From contig OY970071.1 in assembly GCA_963705375.1 (NCBI GenBank), forward strand, positions 720,001 to 752,000: DNA of 32,000 nt, in the 5' to 3' direction. Under the pieces are notes generated by a model that ran no database searches, was not told the origin of the DNA, and saw only the letters and a program-made list of their open reading frames with translations. Position numbers and translations under genes: made by a program. This DNA is from Candidatus Saccharimonadota bacterium (GTDB lineage: Archaea > Micrarchaeota > Micrarchaeia > Micrarchaeales > Micrarchaeaceae). This document shows, piece by piece, positions 1-8,179 of this stretch (position 1 is its first letter; each line of letters begins with the position of its first letter).

Positions 1-392
1 ACCGCATCTCCGCCTGCTTTCTTTATCTTTTCGATTGCTTTTTCGGAGAACGCATGTGCTTTTATCGTTGCCGGCTTGCTTATTGATCCATTGCTGAGCA
101 CCTTGCAATTCTTGAGCACTATTGAAGGATTCTGCTCTGTGGAATTGCAGATCATTCCGTCTATCTGGCGCAAGGTTATCTCGTCTGGTTTCTTTGGCTT
201 CCAGTTTGAAAAGCCGTGCTGCTTTATCAGCCACGGCGCTTTAGCGGTCAGAAATGTGAACTTGTGCTTCCTTGAACCGGCCATGCCCACTCCGCCGCGG
301 CTTCCCTTGCCTCTGGCGTTCTTTATGTTGCCTGCACCCCAGCGTCTTGTTCCCAAGTACTTTCTGTTGCGCTTCTTGCTTCTTACGACCAT
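1..392 (-). CDS. rpl15: 50S ribosomal protein uL15 (L15P), 3' end cut by the window edge
   Basis: My own translation of the minus strand from the ATG at 390-392 gives MVVRSKKRNRKYLGTRRWGAGNIKNARGKGSRGGVGMAGSRKHKFTFL..., the Gly/Arg/Lys-rich uL15 N-terminus. It starts 2 nt after the uL30 stop, the canonical L30-L15 order. It is absent from the ORF track because no stop codon lies in the window. Confidence 0.85.
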   Translation of the reverse strand, partial: MVVRSKKRNRKYLGTRRWGAGNIKNARGKGSRGGVGMAGSRKHKFTFLTAKAPWLIKQHGFSNWKPKKPDEITLRQIDGMICNSTEQNPSIVLKNCKVLSNGSISKPATIKAHAFSEKAIEKIKKAGGDA

Positions 393-394
393 AA

Positions 395-820
395 TCACAC
401 CATACGAGTTATGAGTTCATTTATTGCAGCACCGGCATAACCCAATGAACCGCCCTGCGCATATCCCTTCTTTGTGCTTCTCCTATAGCCATGCCTTGGC
501 CCATGAAGCATGAATGGCATGCTTTTCCTGAGCTCTTGGAGAGAATAGCTGCCGTCCAGTACCGCTTTTGCATCGACGCCGCTTGCGTGCTTGCCAAGCA
601 GCTTTTCGAGAGTCGCGTTGTCGATCTCGCCATACTGTATGTAGTTGTTGCACTTCTTCAGCATCCCCATGTATGCGGCGTTTGCCCTTATAAGAGCGCA
701 TGCATTAGGTTTGCCTAACCTAAGCCTGGCAAGGGTCTCGGCCGTTGCGGCACGAACTCCGACTCTGCCACGTATTCGTACCGCTGCGACTAGTTTATTA
801 TCCAATTCTTTTCCAGCCAT
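395..820 (-). CDS. rpl30: 50S ribosomal protein uL30 (L30P/L7e family)
   Basis: 141 aa with an ATG start. VAAVRIRGRVGVRAATAETLARLRL and YIQYGEID..LEKLL match the archaeal L30P pattern. uL15 follows directly downstream. Confidence 0.85.
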   Translation of the reverse strand: MAGKELDNKLVAAVRIRGRVGVRAATAETLARLRLGKPNACALIRANAAYMGMLKKCNNYIQYGEIDNATLEKLLGKHASGVDAKAVLDGSYSLQELRKSMPFMLHGPRHGYRRSTKKGYAQGGSLGYAGAAINELITRMV

Positions 821-949
821 AAAAAACGCTGTATTCAGTTGAAAGTATCACGTGTCGAAGATATATATGGCTTTGCATCAAACGCCAATAGTGTGAAAAG
901 CTGGCACAAAAGCATTAAGTATCTAAACTCGACCTCTGCTACGTAAGGA

Positions 950-996
950 GTTCTGTAGAAAAAGCCGGAAGCAGATCCTATTAAATCTGTAGAAAT
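950..996 (+). repeat. Solo IS-end-like relic: two direct CTGTAGAAA motifs plus ATCCTATTA, matching the terminal repeats of the IS pair at 21.9-23.9 kb
   Basis: GTTCTGTAGAAA (950-961) is a 12/12 match to the reverse complement of the IS right end. ATCCTATTA (975-983) is 9/9 and CTGTAGAAAT (987-996) is 10/10 to the IS left end. Confidence 0.5.
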
Positions 997-1025
997 AACA
1001 GGCCAACAACACAATATGTGATATC

Positions 1026-2141
1026 ATGCCAAAAGCGATGCCCAAATTGCGAAATGCAGATATTAACGTTAGCGACTACACGACACTTATACCACCAAAT
1101 GCGCTCATACAGGATATACCCGCAGGGCGAGCAGCAGAAAAGACCGTTAGAGACTGCAGGCAGACGATCACAGATATATTCGAAGCTGCGGCAGCAGGCA
1201 GAAAGCATCCGATAGTCGTCATAGTAGGCCCTTGTTCCATCTTCGATATCGAAGCTGCAAGGAAATATTCGGATATGCTAGCGGATTTGGCAAAAAAAGT
1301 TGCGCCAGAGATTGTGCTTGTGATGCGCACTTATTTCGAGAAACCTAGGACAAAAGGAGGTTGGAGAGGTGTGATTTACGATCCGCACCTCTCTGGTGAA
1401 GAAAAGATAAATGAAGGACTGCACATCGCCAGAGGTTTGTTAAAGTATAATGCGGATAAAGGCCTCCCGTCTGCGACAGAGTTTCTAGACCTGAACATAC
1501 CTCAGCACATCGGAGACCTTATATCGTGCGGGTTTATAGGCGCTAGAAGCTTGGACCCTGTGCACCAATGGCTAGCTTCAGGCCTATCCATGCCTACTGG
1601 AGTGAAAAACAACACAGCAGGCAATGTGGAGGTGGCAGCCAATGCCATACTTGTATCCAGGCAACCTTGTGCATTCCCAGGAATAGACATGGATGGACGG
1701 GCTGCGATTGTCCATACTCGCGGAAACCCGCACACATTCCTAGTACTTAGGGGAGGCGACAGCGGCCCTAATTACGACAGCCCCAGCGTAGAAAACGCTC
1801 TGAGTTTGTTATTGCATAAAGAGCTTGAGCCCCATAAACCGCTTGAACCGGCCATAATGGTTGACTGCAGCCACGGAAATTCAGGAAAGGATTACAGAAA
1901 GCAGCCAGGGGTCTTTGAAAACGTAATAGGACAGATAGTAAATGGCAATACAGGAATTATGGGATTGATGCTGGAATCCAATATCAAAGAGGGCAAGCAA
2001 GATATTCCGGAAGACCTTCATGGATTTGACCGTAGCGCGTTAGATACTGAGAAATCAATTACCGACTCGTGTATCGGCTGGGAGGAGACTGAGAGGCTCA
2101 TCATGCTTGCTTATGGCCTATTGGCTGCACGTCGTGATTGA
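1026..2141 (+). CDS. aroG: 3-deoxy-7-phosphoheptulonate (DAHP) synthase, class I-alpha (AroG/F/H type)
   Basis: 371 aa, collinear with E. coli AroG. Shared motifs: VVIVGPCSI.D, MRTYFEKPRTKGGWRG.IYDPH, GARS, LASGLSMPTG.KN, LRGG..PNY, KSITD.CIGWEETE. Confidence 0.9.
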   Translation: MPKAMPKLRNADINVSDYTTLIPPNALIQDIPAGRAAEKTVRDCRQTITDIFEAAAAGRKHPIVVIVGPCSIFDIEAARKYSDMLADLAKKVAPEIVLVMRTYFEKPRTKGGWRGVIYDPHLSGEEKINEGLHIARGLLKYNADKGLPSATEFLDLNIPQHIGDLISCGFIGARSLDPVHQWLASGLSMPTGVKNNTAGNVEVAANAILVSRQPCAFPGIDMDGRAAIVHTRGNPHTFLVLRGGDSGPNYDSPSVENALSLLLHKELEPHKPLEPAIMVDCSHGNSGKDYRKQPGVFENVIGQIVNGNTGIMGLMLESNIKEGKQDIPEDLHGFDRSALDTEKSITDSCIGWEETERLIMLAYGLLAARRD

Positions 2142-3302
2142 ATGGTCACAATAAGCAAATCGGATGGACAGACGACGCTAGGGATAACCTTAAGAAAAGA
2201 AGAAAATCAGTCCTATCCTATCATAATCGAAAACGGACTTCTATCCAAAATACCCGAAGATTTGAAAGAAAGAAACTTGGGAGATCGAATTGCACTTATA
2301 ACAGACACCAATGTGTCTGCCATTTATGGCACCTTGCTCGAAAAAGGCCTTACTGATGCGGGCTTCATGGCTAAGCGCATCGTTTTCCCTGCAGGAGAGC
2401 AGTCCAAGAGCTTCGAGGTTCTCGAATATCTTGTAAATGAGCTGTCCGCCAGTGGTTTTGGAAGGGACACGATAATAATGGCTTTAGGTGGTGGAGTTGT
2501 CGGGGATCTGGCAGGATTTGTCGCCGCAGGCTTCAACAGAGGAGTTCCACTCATCCAGATACCAACAACATTGGTAGCACAAGCAGATTCTTCAATAGGA
2601 GGAAAGACCGGCATCGACACAAAATACGGCAAGAACTTATTCGGCGCTGTCAAGCAGCCTGAGATCATATACACAGACCCTCTGGCGCTGAAGACGCTAC
2701 CCCCCAAACAATACGCTTGTGGTGTGGCAGAGACGGTCAAACATGCGATAATATGGGATTCGACTTTCTTCGATTATCTTGAGAAAAATACTGCAGATAT
2801 TTTAAGAATGACAGATGAGGCCTTGTTTAAGTTGGTAGAAACAAATTGCAGAATCAAAGGGACTGTTGTAGAAATAGACCCTTATGAGAAAAGTCTGAGA
2901 AGAATACTGAATCTAGGGCACACCATAGGTCATGCTGTTGAGATGTTGAGCAATTACACTATCCCCCACGGATACTGCGTTGCGATGGGCATACTCCCTG
3001 CACTAAGAATAGCAAATGAAATAACAGATTTCCCATTAAGGGACATAAGCAGAGCAGAGAGATTGCTTGATAAATTCCATCTACCTACGAAAATACCTTC
3101 GGGAATAAAGGTTGGAGATATAATAAGAGCCACAATGTTGGATAAAAAGGCATCAGGAGGCAAAGCGAGATACTGTCTCCCTATAAAGATAGGGACGATG
3201 GCACGGTTTGAACGCCAGTATGTGACCCCTGTAGATGAGGATCTTGTTAGACAGGCATTAGATTTCTCAAGAAATAGGTCTAGAATCCTAACTTCGAAAT
3301 GA
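2142..3302 (+). CDS. aroB: 3-dehydroquinate synthase
   Basis: 386 aa. GGGVVGDLAGFVAA..RGVP.IQIPTTL.AQ.DSSIGGKTGI and LN.GHT.GHA.E are AroB signatures. The ATG abuts the aroG stop. Confidence 0.9.
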   Translation: MVTISKSDGQTTLGITLRKEENQSYPIIIENGLLSKIPEDLKERNLGDRIALITDTNVSAIYGTLLEKGLTDAGFMAKRIVFPAGEQSKSFEVLEYLVNELSASGFGRDTIIMALGGGVVGDLAGFVAAGFNRGVPLIQIPTTLVAQADSSIGGKTGIDTKYGKNLFGAVKQPEIIYTDPLALKTLPPKQYACGVAETVKHAIIWDSTFFDYLEKNTADILRMTDEALFKLVETNCRIKGTVVEIDPYEKSLRRILNLGHTIGHAVEMLSNYTIPHGYCVAMGILPALRIANEITDFPLRDISRAERLLDKFHLPTKIPSGIKVGDIIRATMLDKKASGGKARYCLPIKIGTMARFERQYVTPVDEDLVRQALDFSRNRSRILTSK

Positions 3303-3486
3303 TTGACGCATTGTTTTGCAGCAGATTGAGCAGAAATGCCAAACAGCAACATGCTTTCCCGCCCAAAGGCAGTACACACATATCGTAGACAGGTTTAGCT
3401 TCCAAGTTCGGAATGGGTTTGGGCAGTACCCTGTCCCTATTACCGTCTGGCGATAGTATATGGAAAACAAAGTATATATTCCTTAC

Positions 3487-3621
3487 TCATGACAGGCCTC
3501 TAGCGCACGAAACGCAAATTCCACGCTTACCCATGTGCTTCTCGCACACAGGCCTACCGCACAGCTTGCAGGTCTGCGTCGCGATTCTGCTGCATATGTG
3601 GCACAGTTTTTTCACATCCAT
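3487..3621 (-). CDS. Small zinc-finger protein (44 aa), 9 nt downstream of priL
   Basis: Internal ATG of track ORF 3487..3726 gives MDVKKLCHICSRIATQTCKLCGRPVCEKHMGKRGICVSCARGLS. The metal-ligand pattern is CxxC-x7-CxxC-x4-C-x2-H-x7-CxxC. The longer track ORF would overlap the priL 3' end out of frame. Confidence 0.55.
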   Translation of the reverse strand: MDVKKLCHICSRIATQTCKLCGRPVCEKHMGKRGICVSCARGLS

Positions 3622-3629
3622 GACATCAC

Positions 3630-4568
3630 TTATTTTGAAATGCCCATATCCACGACATCTCCCAGCAAATCCTTGGCGCGGTCGTATGAGAGAGGCTTGA
3701 GACCCCTCTTCTTTGCATAAGCGCACTGGTACGCTATGTAGCGCTCAGTCACCTTGGTTGCAGGATTTATCGCCTTGCATTTTTCTATATACTCGACTAT
3801 GGCCTTGGTCGCCTGCTCGACAGTCATTCCGCGCGAGTTCACAAGATAGGGCGCGAGTATGAGATTGACAGTCCTGTGCCTCACGTCAGGTATGGGAGTG
3901 GTGAGCAGCTTCTCCACCCAGCTTGACGCGCCGGCTGCACGCACTTTTTGCGTGGTGTCAGCCAAAGGTCTTATGCCTTTGGCGTATTCGACCACTTCTT
4001 TTGGAAGCTGTTCTGTGCCTATGGGAAAGCCTTTGCTCATTCTGCTGCACATCGCCTTCTCGAGAAGGGCCAGCGCCCTGCCCAGTTCAAGAGACACGAA
4101 TCCGTTGCTTAGCTTCTGGTTGGAAAGCTCAAGCTCTTTTGAATCCTTCGATAGTGCAAGGAATGCGTCGAACCGTATCGAGAGTGCAAGCGTTTTGCTG
4201 AAAGGTTGCACATTCATAGGTATTCCGAGCCCCTTCACAACCTCTTCTATCTCCTTTATGTCTGAACTGGAAAGAGCAATAGACGATCTAGCAGCCTCCG
4301 CAGTACAGTATTGCTTGATCAGGTGTCGGTTCATCGTAGCGCTCAGCAGCATCCTGGAGTAAAGGTACGTAAGCAAATAATCGGTCTTGGCACTTGTCAT
4401 GCCCGTTGCCCGGTACGGTAGGCTGCCGTTCAACGCATCATTGATGTGCTTCTTGCCCGCCTCAAGGTATCTGCGGTCCAGCTTGATTTCGCCCATCTCT
4501 GCAATCAGTGCCTTTGCCTCGTCTGAGAAGGGGTATTTGTAGGCAAAATCCAGGATCTTTTGGTCCAT
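3630..4568 (-). CDS. priL: DNA primase large (regulatory) subunit PriL, probable
   Basis: Taken from the second Met (MDQKILDFAYKYPFSDEAKALI...). The N-terminal YPF..EA motif and the C-terminal HRTVNLILAPYL...Y....C...K.GLKP region resemble archaeal PriL. Assignment is by recollection only. Confidence 0.6.
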   Translation of the reverse strand: MDQKILDFAYKYPFSDEAKALIAEMGEIKLDRRYLEAGKKHINDALNGSLPYRATGMTSAKTDYLLTYLYSRMLLSATMNRHLIKQYCTAEAARSSIALSSSDIKEIEEVVKGLGIPMNVQPFSKTLALSIRFDAFLALSKDSKELELSNQKLSNGFVSLELGRALALLEKAMCSRMSKGFPIGTEQLPKEVVEYAKGIRPLADTTQKVRAAGASSWVEKLLTTPIPDVRHRTVNLILAPYLVNSRGMTVEQATKAIVEYIEKCKAINPATKVTERYIAYQCAYAKKRGLKPLSYDRAKDLLGDVVDMGISK

Positions 4569-4640
4569 TGCAGACACCCACAGCAGAACTAACACGCATC
4601 AGCAGATAATTATAACTTATCCCGCCGTAAATATAAATAG

Positions 4641-4713
4641 GGGGTTGTAAGCTAACCTGGCAGACGGCTAGCCTCGGGCGCTAGTAATCTGAGTTCAAAT
4701 CTCAGCAGCCCCA
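4641..4713 (+). tRNA. tRNA-Pro(CGG)-like gene with an aberrant D-arm
   Basis: Acceptor GGGGTTG/CAGCCCC with discriminator A. Anticodon arm CTAGC-CTCGGGC-GCTAG. T-arm CTGAG-TTCAAAT-CTCAG. Only 2 of 4 D-stem pairs form in the standard register. Confidence 0.6.
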
Positions 4714-4775
4714 TTCTGCTTTTCAAAAACGAATTGTGTAAAGAAGCAGGAAATACCAGAAAACTGCGGCGAAAT

Positions 4776-5903
4776 TTATCCGAGCTGCTCACTCGTCTGT
4801 CTGAAGAGAATGGCAGCTATGATCGTCATTATTATTGCGAAAAGGATTAGCGCCAGACTGTCCACAACTAAAATATTGAGAGGTAAAGAGCCTTTTATCA
4901 TTATATCTCTTACCGCGTTTATCGCATAGTACGTCGGGTTCACTATTACTGTGGATTGCAAGAAAGGTGGAAGAAGATTTATAGGAATAAAAGCACCTCC
5001 AATGAATGAAAGCGGCAAAGTCACAGTTAGCGATATCAATGCATAGGTCTGCAGCTGCTTAATTCTTGATGCTAGAGCCACAGAAAGCGCACCGAAGCCC
5101 AAGCTGGTAAGGAGTATTATCCAAAGCAGTTCCACGAAACCGAGTGCACCAGTTGTAATCTTTGCTCCGAAGAGCAGGCCCACACCCAGACCTATGTAAG
5201 CGCTGAAAACGGATTGCATGGTACCGTACATAATCTTGCTGAGCAATATCGCGGACCTGCGTATCGGAGCTATGATGAAAGCCTTGAGGTTGCCGAGTTG
5301 TCTGTCGCTCAGTATGGTAAATCCAGTTCCGAATACAGATCCAAATGCAGCCACCATTATAATAATCCCGCCAACAGCGTAGCTCTTGTAGTTGTTACCA
5401 GCACCATAGACATAGTTGCTTAGTATGGACACTGTGCCTGGAGCGGCAGAGCGCGGTGCGCTTTGAAAGGCAACACGTGTGTCGAACTTGGCAGCCAGAA
5501 GAGTAATGAAATTGCTCACAACATCTGCGGATTGCGGCTGGGAGCCATCAAGATACACATAAACATCAGAAGTGGCGTTTGATGAGAAACCTTTAGGAAT
5601 CACCACAACAGCATCTATGCTGCCTTGTGAAAGAAGCCCCATAGCCTGCTGTTGTGTGGTATAGCTGATGATTTTGATGTTGCTACCAGCTTGCAACTGG
5701 TTTATGAAGCTCAATGCGATTGGTCCGTTGTCATAGTTGACCACCGCGATCGGCACGTTCTTTGGAGTGCCGCCTGCTGCACTCATAAATATGATGAACA
5801 TGATGGGAAATATCAGAGCCCTCAGGAAGTTGGCAACTATGCTCTTCTTGAAAATGAGCATTTCCCTGAGGAAAAGTGTGTAGGTGTCTTCTAGCATGCT
5901 CAC
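4776..5903 (-). CDS. ABC-2 type transporter permease
   Basis: 375 aa with an N-terminal TM helix, a roughly 150-aa extracytoplasmic loop and five C-terminal TM helices, the usual ABC-2 architecture. The track start is GTG; an ATG lies at 5897. No Walker-A ATPase gene is adjacent. Confidence 0.65.
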   Translation of the reverse strand: MSMLEDTYTLFLREMLIFKKSIVANFLRALIFPIMFIIFMSAAGGTPKNVPIAVVNYDNGPIALSFINQLQAGSNIKIISYTTQQQAMGLLSQGSIDAVVVIPKGFSSNATSDVYVYLDGSQPQSADVVSNFITLLAAKFDTRVAFQSAPRSAAPGTVSILSNYVYGAGNNYKSYAVGGIIIMVAAFGSVFGTGFTILSDRQLGNLKAFIIAPIRRSAILLSKIMYGTMQSVFSAYIGLGVGLLFGAKITTGALGFVELLWIILLTSLGFGALSVALASRIKQLQTYALISLTVTLPLSFIGGAFIPINLLPPFLQSTVIVNPTYYAINAVRDIMIKGSLPLNILVVDSLALILFAIIMTIIAAILFRQTSEQLG

Positions 5904-6087
5904 AATAATCTAACTCGTTTTTAGCAGCATTTATTTCCTGCCAGAGAATTTCATTATTGCAAGTTCTGATGCCTTCTTCTGAATACATGTTTGTCCAAGT
6001 TTAAAAAGACATGTAATTATTTCAGGATTTCGACCAGTTAGCAATAACTTTGGTGTGACGCTGCCCACTGCATAACAAGCAGCAGAG

Positions 6088-6690
6088 TTAATCCCAATAC
6101 GGATTGGGGCCTTGAGTCGGCTTCTTGGAGTCAAAATCGGAGCTCCTTAAAAAGCCATGGCGAGCCTCGTCTGTGGTTTCGGCACTGATTGCTTGTATAG
6201 GAGTAGGTTCATCGTCACGTACAAGGACAAACTTGAACCTAGCAGTTTTTGGATCAGATTCAGCAGATATGCTTATCCCAGGAATCCGGTCATAGTTTAT
6301 GAAAACGCCTTTACTTACAGTAACTACACCTTCCCCTTGGTATGCCCACACTCTCCTCGAGTCAGGAAGCAGAGCCCAATATTCAGGAGTTACGGGAGTG
6401 ATGTCTCTTGACCTCGGATCTCGTTCATACGGCCCGCTAAGGGCGCTGCAGATGTCTTCAGTCATGACTTCGCATTTGTCCAGCAATTCCAGAACAGCCT
6501 TGTTCACGGACTTCTTATCATAAGCGAGGAAAGCAAGTGTGTCGTAATCAGCTACGTGCATATTTACTCCTGAATTTCGTAGAGACTTAACCGTGGCTTT
6601 CATCTCATTAAACGTCATTTCTTTAACAGGTATCAACACTCCGTCAAACTCATGTAACGACGCACTGCGTTTACTGAACATTTCGGCCAT
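6088..6690 (-). CDS. Hypothetical protein (200 aa)
   Basis: ATG start, balanced composition and a clean intergenic region on both sides. I recognise no family motif. Confidence 0.5.
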   Translation of the reverse strand: MAEMFSKRSASLHEFDGVLIPVKEMTFNEMKATVKSLRNSGVNMHVADYDTLAFLAYDKKSVNKAVLELLDKCEVMTEDICSALSGPYERDPRSRDITPVTPEYWALLPDSRRVWAYQGEGVVTVSKGVFINYDRIPGISISAESDPKTARFKFVLVRDDEPTPIQAISAETTDEARHGFLRSSDFDSKKPTQGPNPYWD

Positions 6691-6883
6691 TCATATCACG
6701 AATAGGTGAGTGTTTATTCTGATATATAAATCTTGCTTTTATGAACTGCGTCTGAAGCGCTTTGACAAAAGCCGAGCGTGCCGCTGGTGCGTGCACAGTT
6801 TTTAGACGATGTTCTCAGATACAGAGCGGACAGCCATATGCTTTTATTCCTTTATTGGCATATTAGTGCACCGGGGTAAGCAG

Positions 6884-7630
6884 ATGTTCGAGTTAAAGAT
6901 AGACGACGCACGATACTGGAAAGCCTGTATAGATTCTATAGTGGGCCTTATTGACGAGGGCACGTTTAGCATAACGAAAGAGGGGGTTTCTCTAAAGGCG
7001 ATGGATCCATCAGGAATAAGCCTTGTCTCTTTCTCAATACCAAACAAGGCGTTCTCCAAGTACGATGTGGAGAAGACAGCAACAGTCGGACTTAACATCG
7101 ACAACCTGAGCAAGATACTCAACAGCTCTAGAAGTAACGAGCAGCTCGTCATGAAAGAGAAGGACAACAAGTTCACAATAGAGTTCATAAGCCAGAACAG
7201 CAGAAGGCGCTACAGACTACCAATGATAGAAACCAGAAAGGAAGCCGTCGACAAGGAACCGAAGATAGAGTTTGATGCGGTTGTGGAGGTTAAATCAGAC
7301 AATCTCAAGGAGATGCTAAAAGACGCGAACCTGCTTTCCACATACATAGGCTTCAAGACCGACAATAACTCATTTGTTGTAGTGGCTAAAGGCGATGCAG
7401 GCGAGCTCGAGGAGGAGCATTCAGGCACTGCAGACGCAGTGAAGAAGATAGATGTAAAGAAGCCCACAGGCGCCACTTTCAATCTGGACTATCTTGAAAG
7501 AATGATCAGCGCATGCCCACAAAGCTCGAACGTCGTCCTGTCGCTCAAGACGGAGGAGCCGATAAGGATAGACTACAAAATAGGAGAGGCTGTGCTCGCG
7601 TATTACCTGGCACCGTACATGGAATCATAG
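6884..7630 (+). CDS. pcn: DNA polymerase sliding clamp PCNA
   Basis: 248 aa from the internal ATG (MFELKIDDARYWKACIDSIVGLIDEGTF.ITKEGVSLKAMDPSGISLV.F.IP..AF..Y), the typical archaeal PCNA N-terminus and length. The 25 upstream codons of the track ORF cover promoter-like AT-rich sequence. Confidence 0.9.
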   Translation: MFELKIDDARYWKACIDSIVGLIDEGTFSITKEGVSLKAMDPSGISLVSFSIPNKAFSKYDVEKTATVGLNIDNLSKILNSSRSNEQLVMKEKDNKFTIEFISQNSRRRYRLPMIETRKEAVDKEPKIEFDAVVEVKSDNLKEMLKDANLLSTYIGFKTDNNSFVVVAKGDAGELEEEHSGTADAVKKIDVKKPTGATFNLDYLERMISACPQSSNVVLSLKTEEPIRIDYKIGEAVLAYYLAPYMES

Positions 7631-7660
7631 ACGAAAAGGAAATTCCGAAGTTGATATAGA

Positions 7661-8179
7661 ATGAGGCTCTTGATATTCATAACGCCGAAGGAGTTTCGTG
7701 ATGAGTCAGTTGCAAGAGTCAAACTTTTCCTTGACAGATGGAACGTCGAGAACAAGATAACAAGCTATAGCAAGAAGGATTGCGTAGGCAACCATGGCGC
7801 AGTTTACGCTCCTGAAATAAACACTGGAAAGGTGACTGTAGACGACTATGACGGCATAGTGCTTGTGGATGGCAAGGGAATTGAATCTTACAAAATATAC
7901 GACTACAGGCCTCTGCTAGACCTCATACTAGCATTCGATAACAGGAAGAAGGCAATAATAGCTGTAGGAAACGCGGTAAAGATACCTGCTAGGGCGAACA
8001 TCATCAGTAACAGGAAAATTGCAGTTGCAGACGATGAGACAAAGAGGCTCGTCCAGCTATTCCGTGGCATGCCTTCTGAGCAGGGCGTAGAGATAGCTGG
8101 GAACCTCATGACAATCAGCAGCTATGTGCAGATAGATAGCGTGATGCCTCAGATCCTTCAGAGCATAGGCGTAATATAG
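7661..8179 (+). CDS. DJ-1/PfpI-fold protein, nucleophile elbow degenerate
   Basis: 172 aa collinear with PfpI: MRLLIF..., DYDGIVLVDGKG, and KKAIIAVGNAVKI where PfpI has ASICHGPQIL. The Cys-His is replaced by Ala-Val. Confidence 0.5.
   Translation: MRLLIFITPKEFRDESVARVKLFLDRWNVENKITSYSKKDCVGNHGAVYAPEINTGKVTVDDYDGIVLVDGKGIESYKIYDYRPLLDLILAFDNRKKAIIAVGNAVKIPARANIISNRKIAVADDETKRLVQLFRGMPSEQGVEIAGNLMTISSYVQIDSVMPQILQSIGVI

Noticed and set aside
76-414. 112-aa plus-strand ORF starting at TTG
   Set aside because: It is antisense to the uL15 coding frame, which has a clear ribosomal protein sequence.
3622-3726. Long form (79 aa) of the Zn-finger ORF
   Set aside because: It would overlap about 100 nt of the priL 3' end in another frame. 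The Cys-rich module starts at the internal ATG just after the priL stop.
5731-6134. Small ORFs 5731..5988 (-) and 5931..6134 (-) in the permease upstream spacer
   Set aside because: They overlap the permease start or lie in promoter-like sequence, their composition is poor, and no motif is recognisable.
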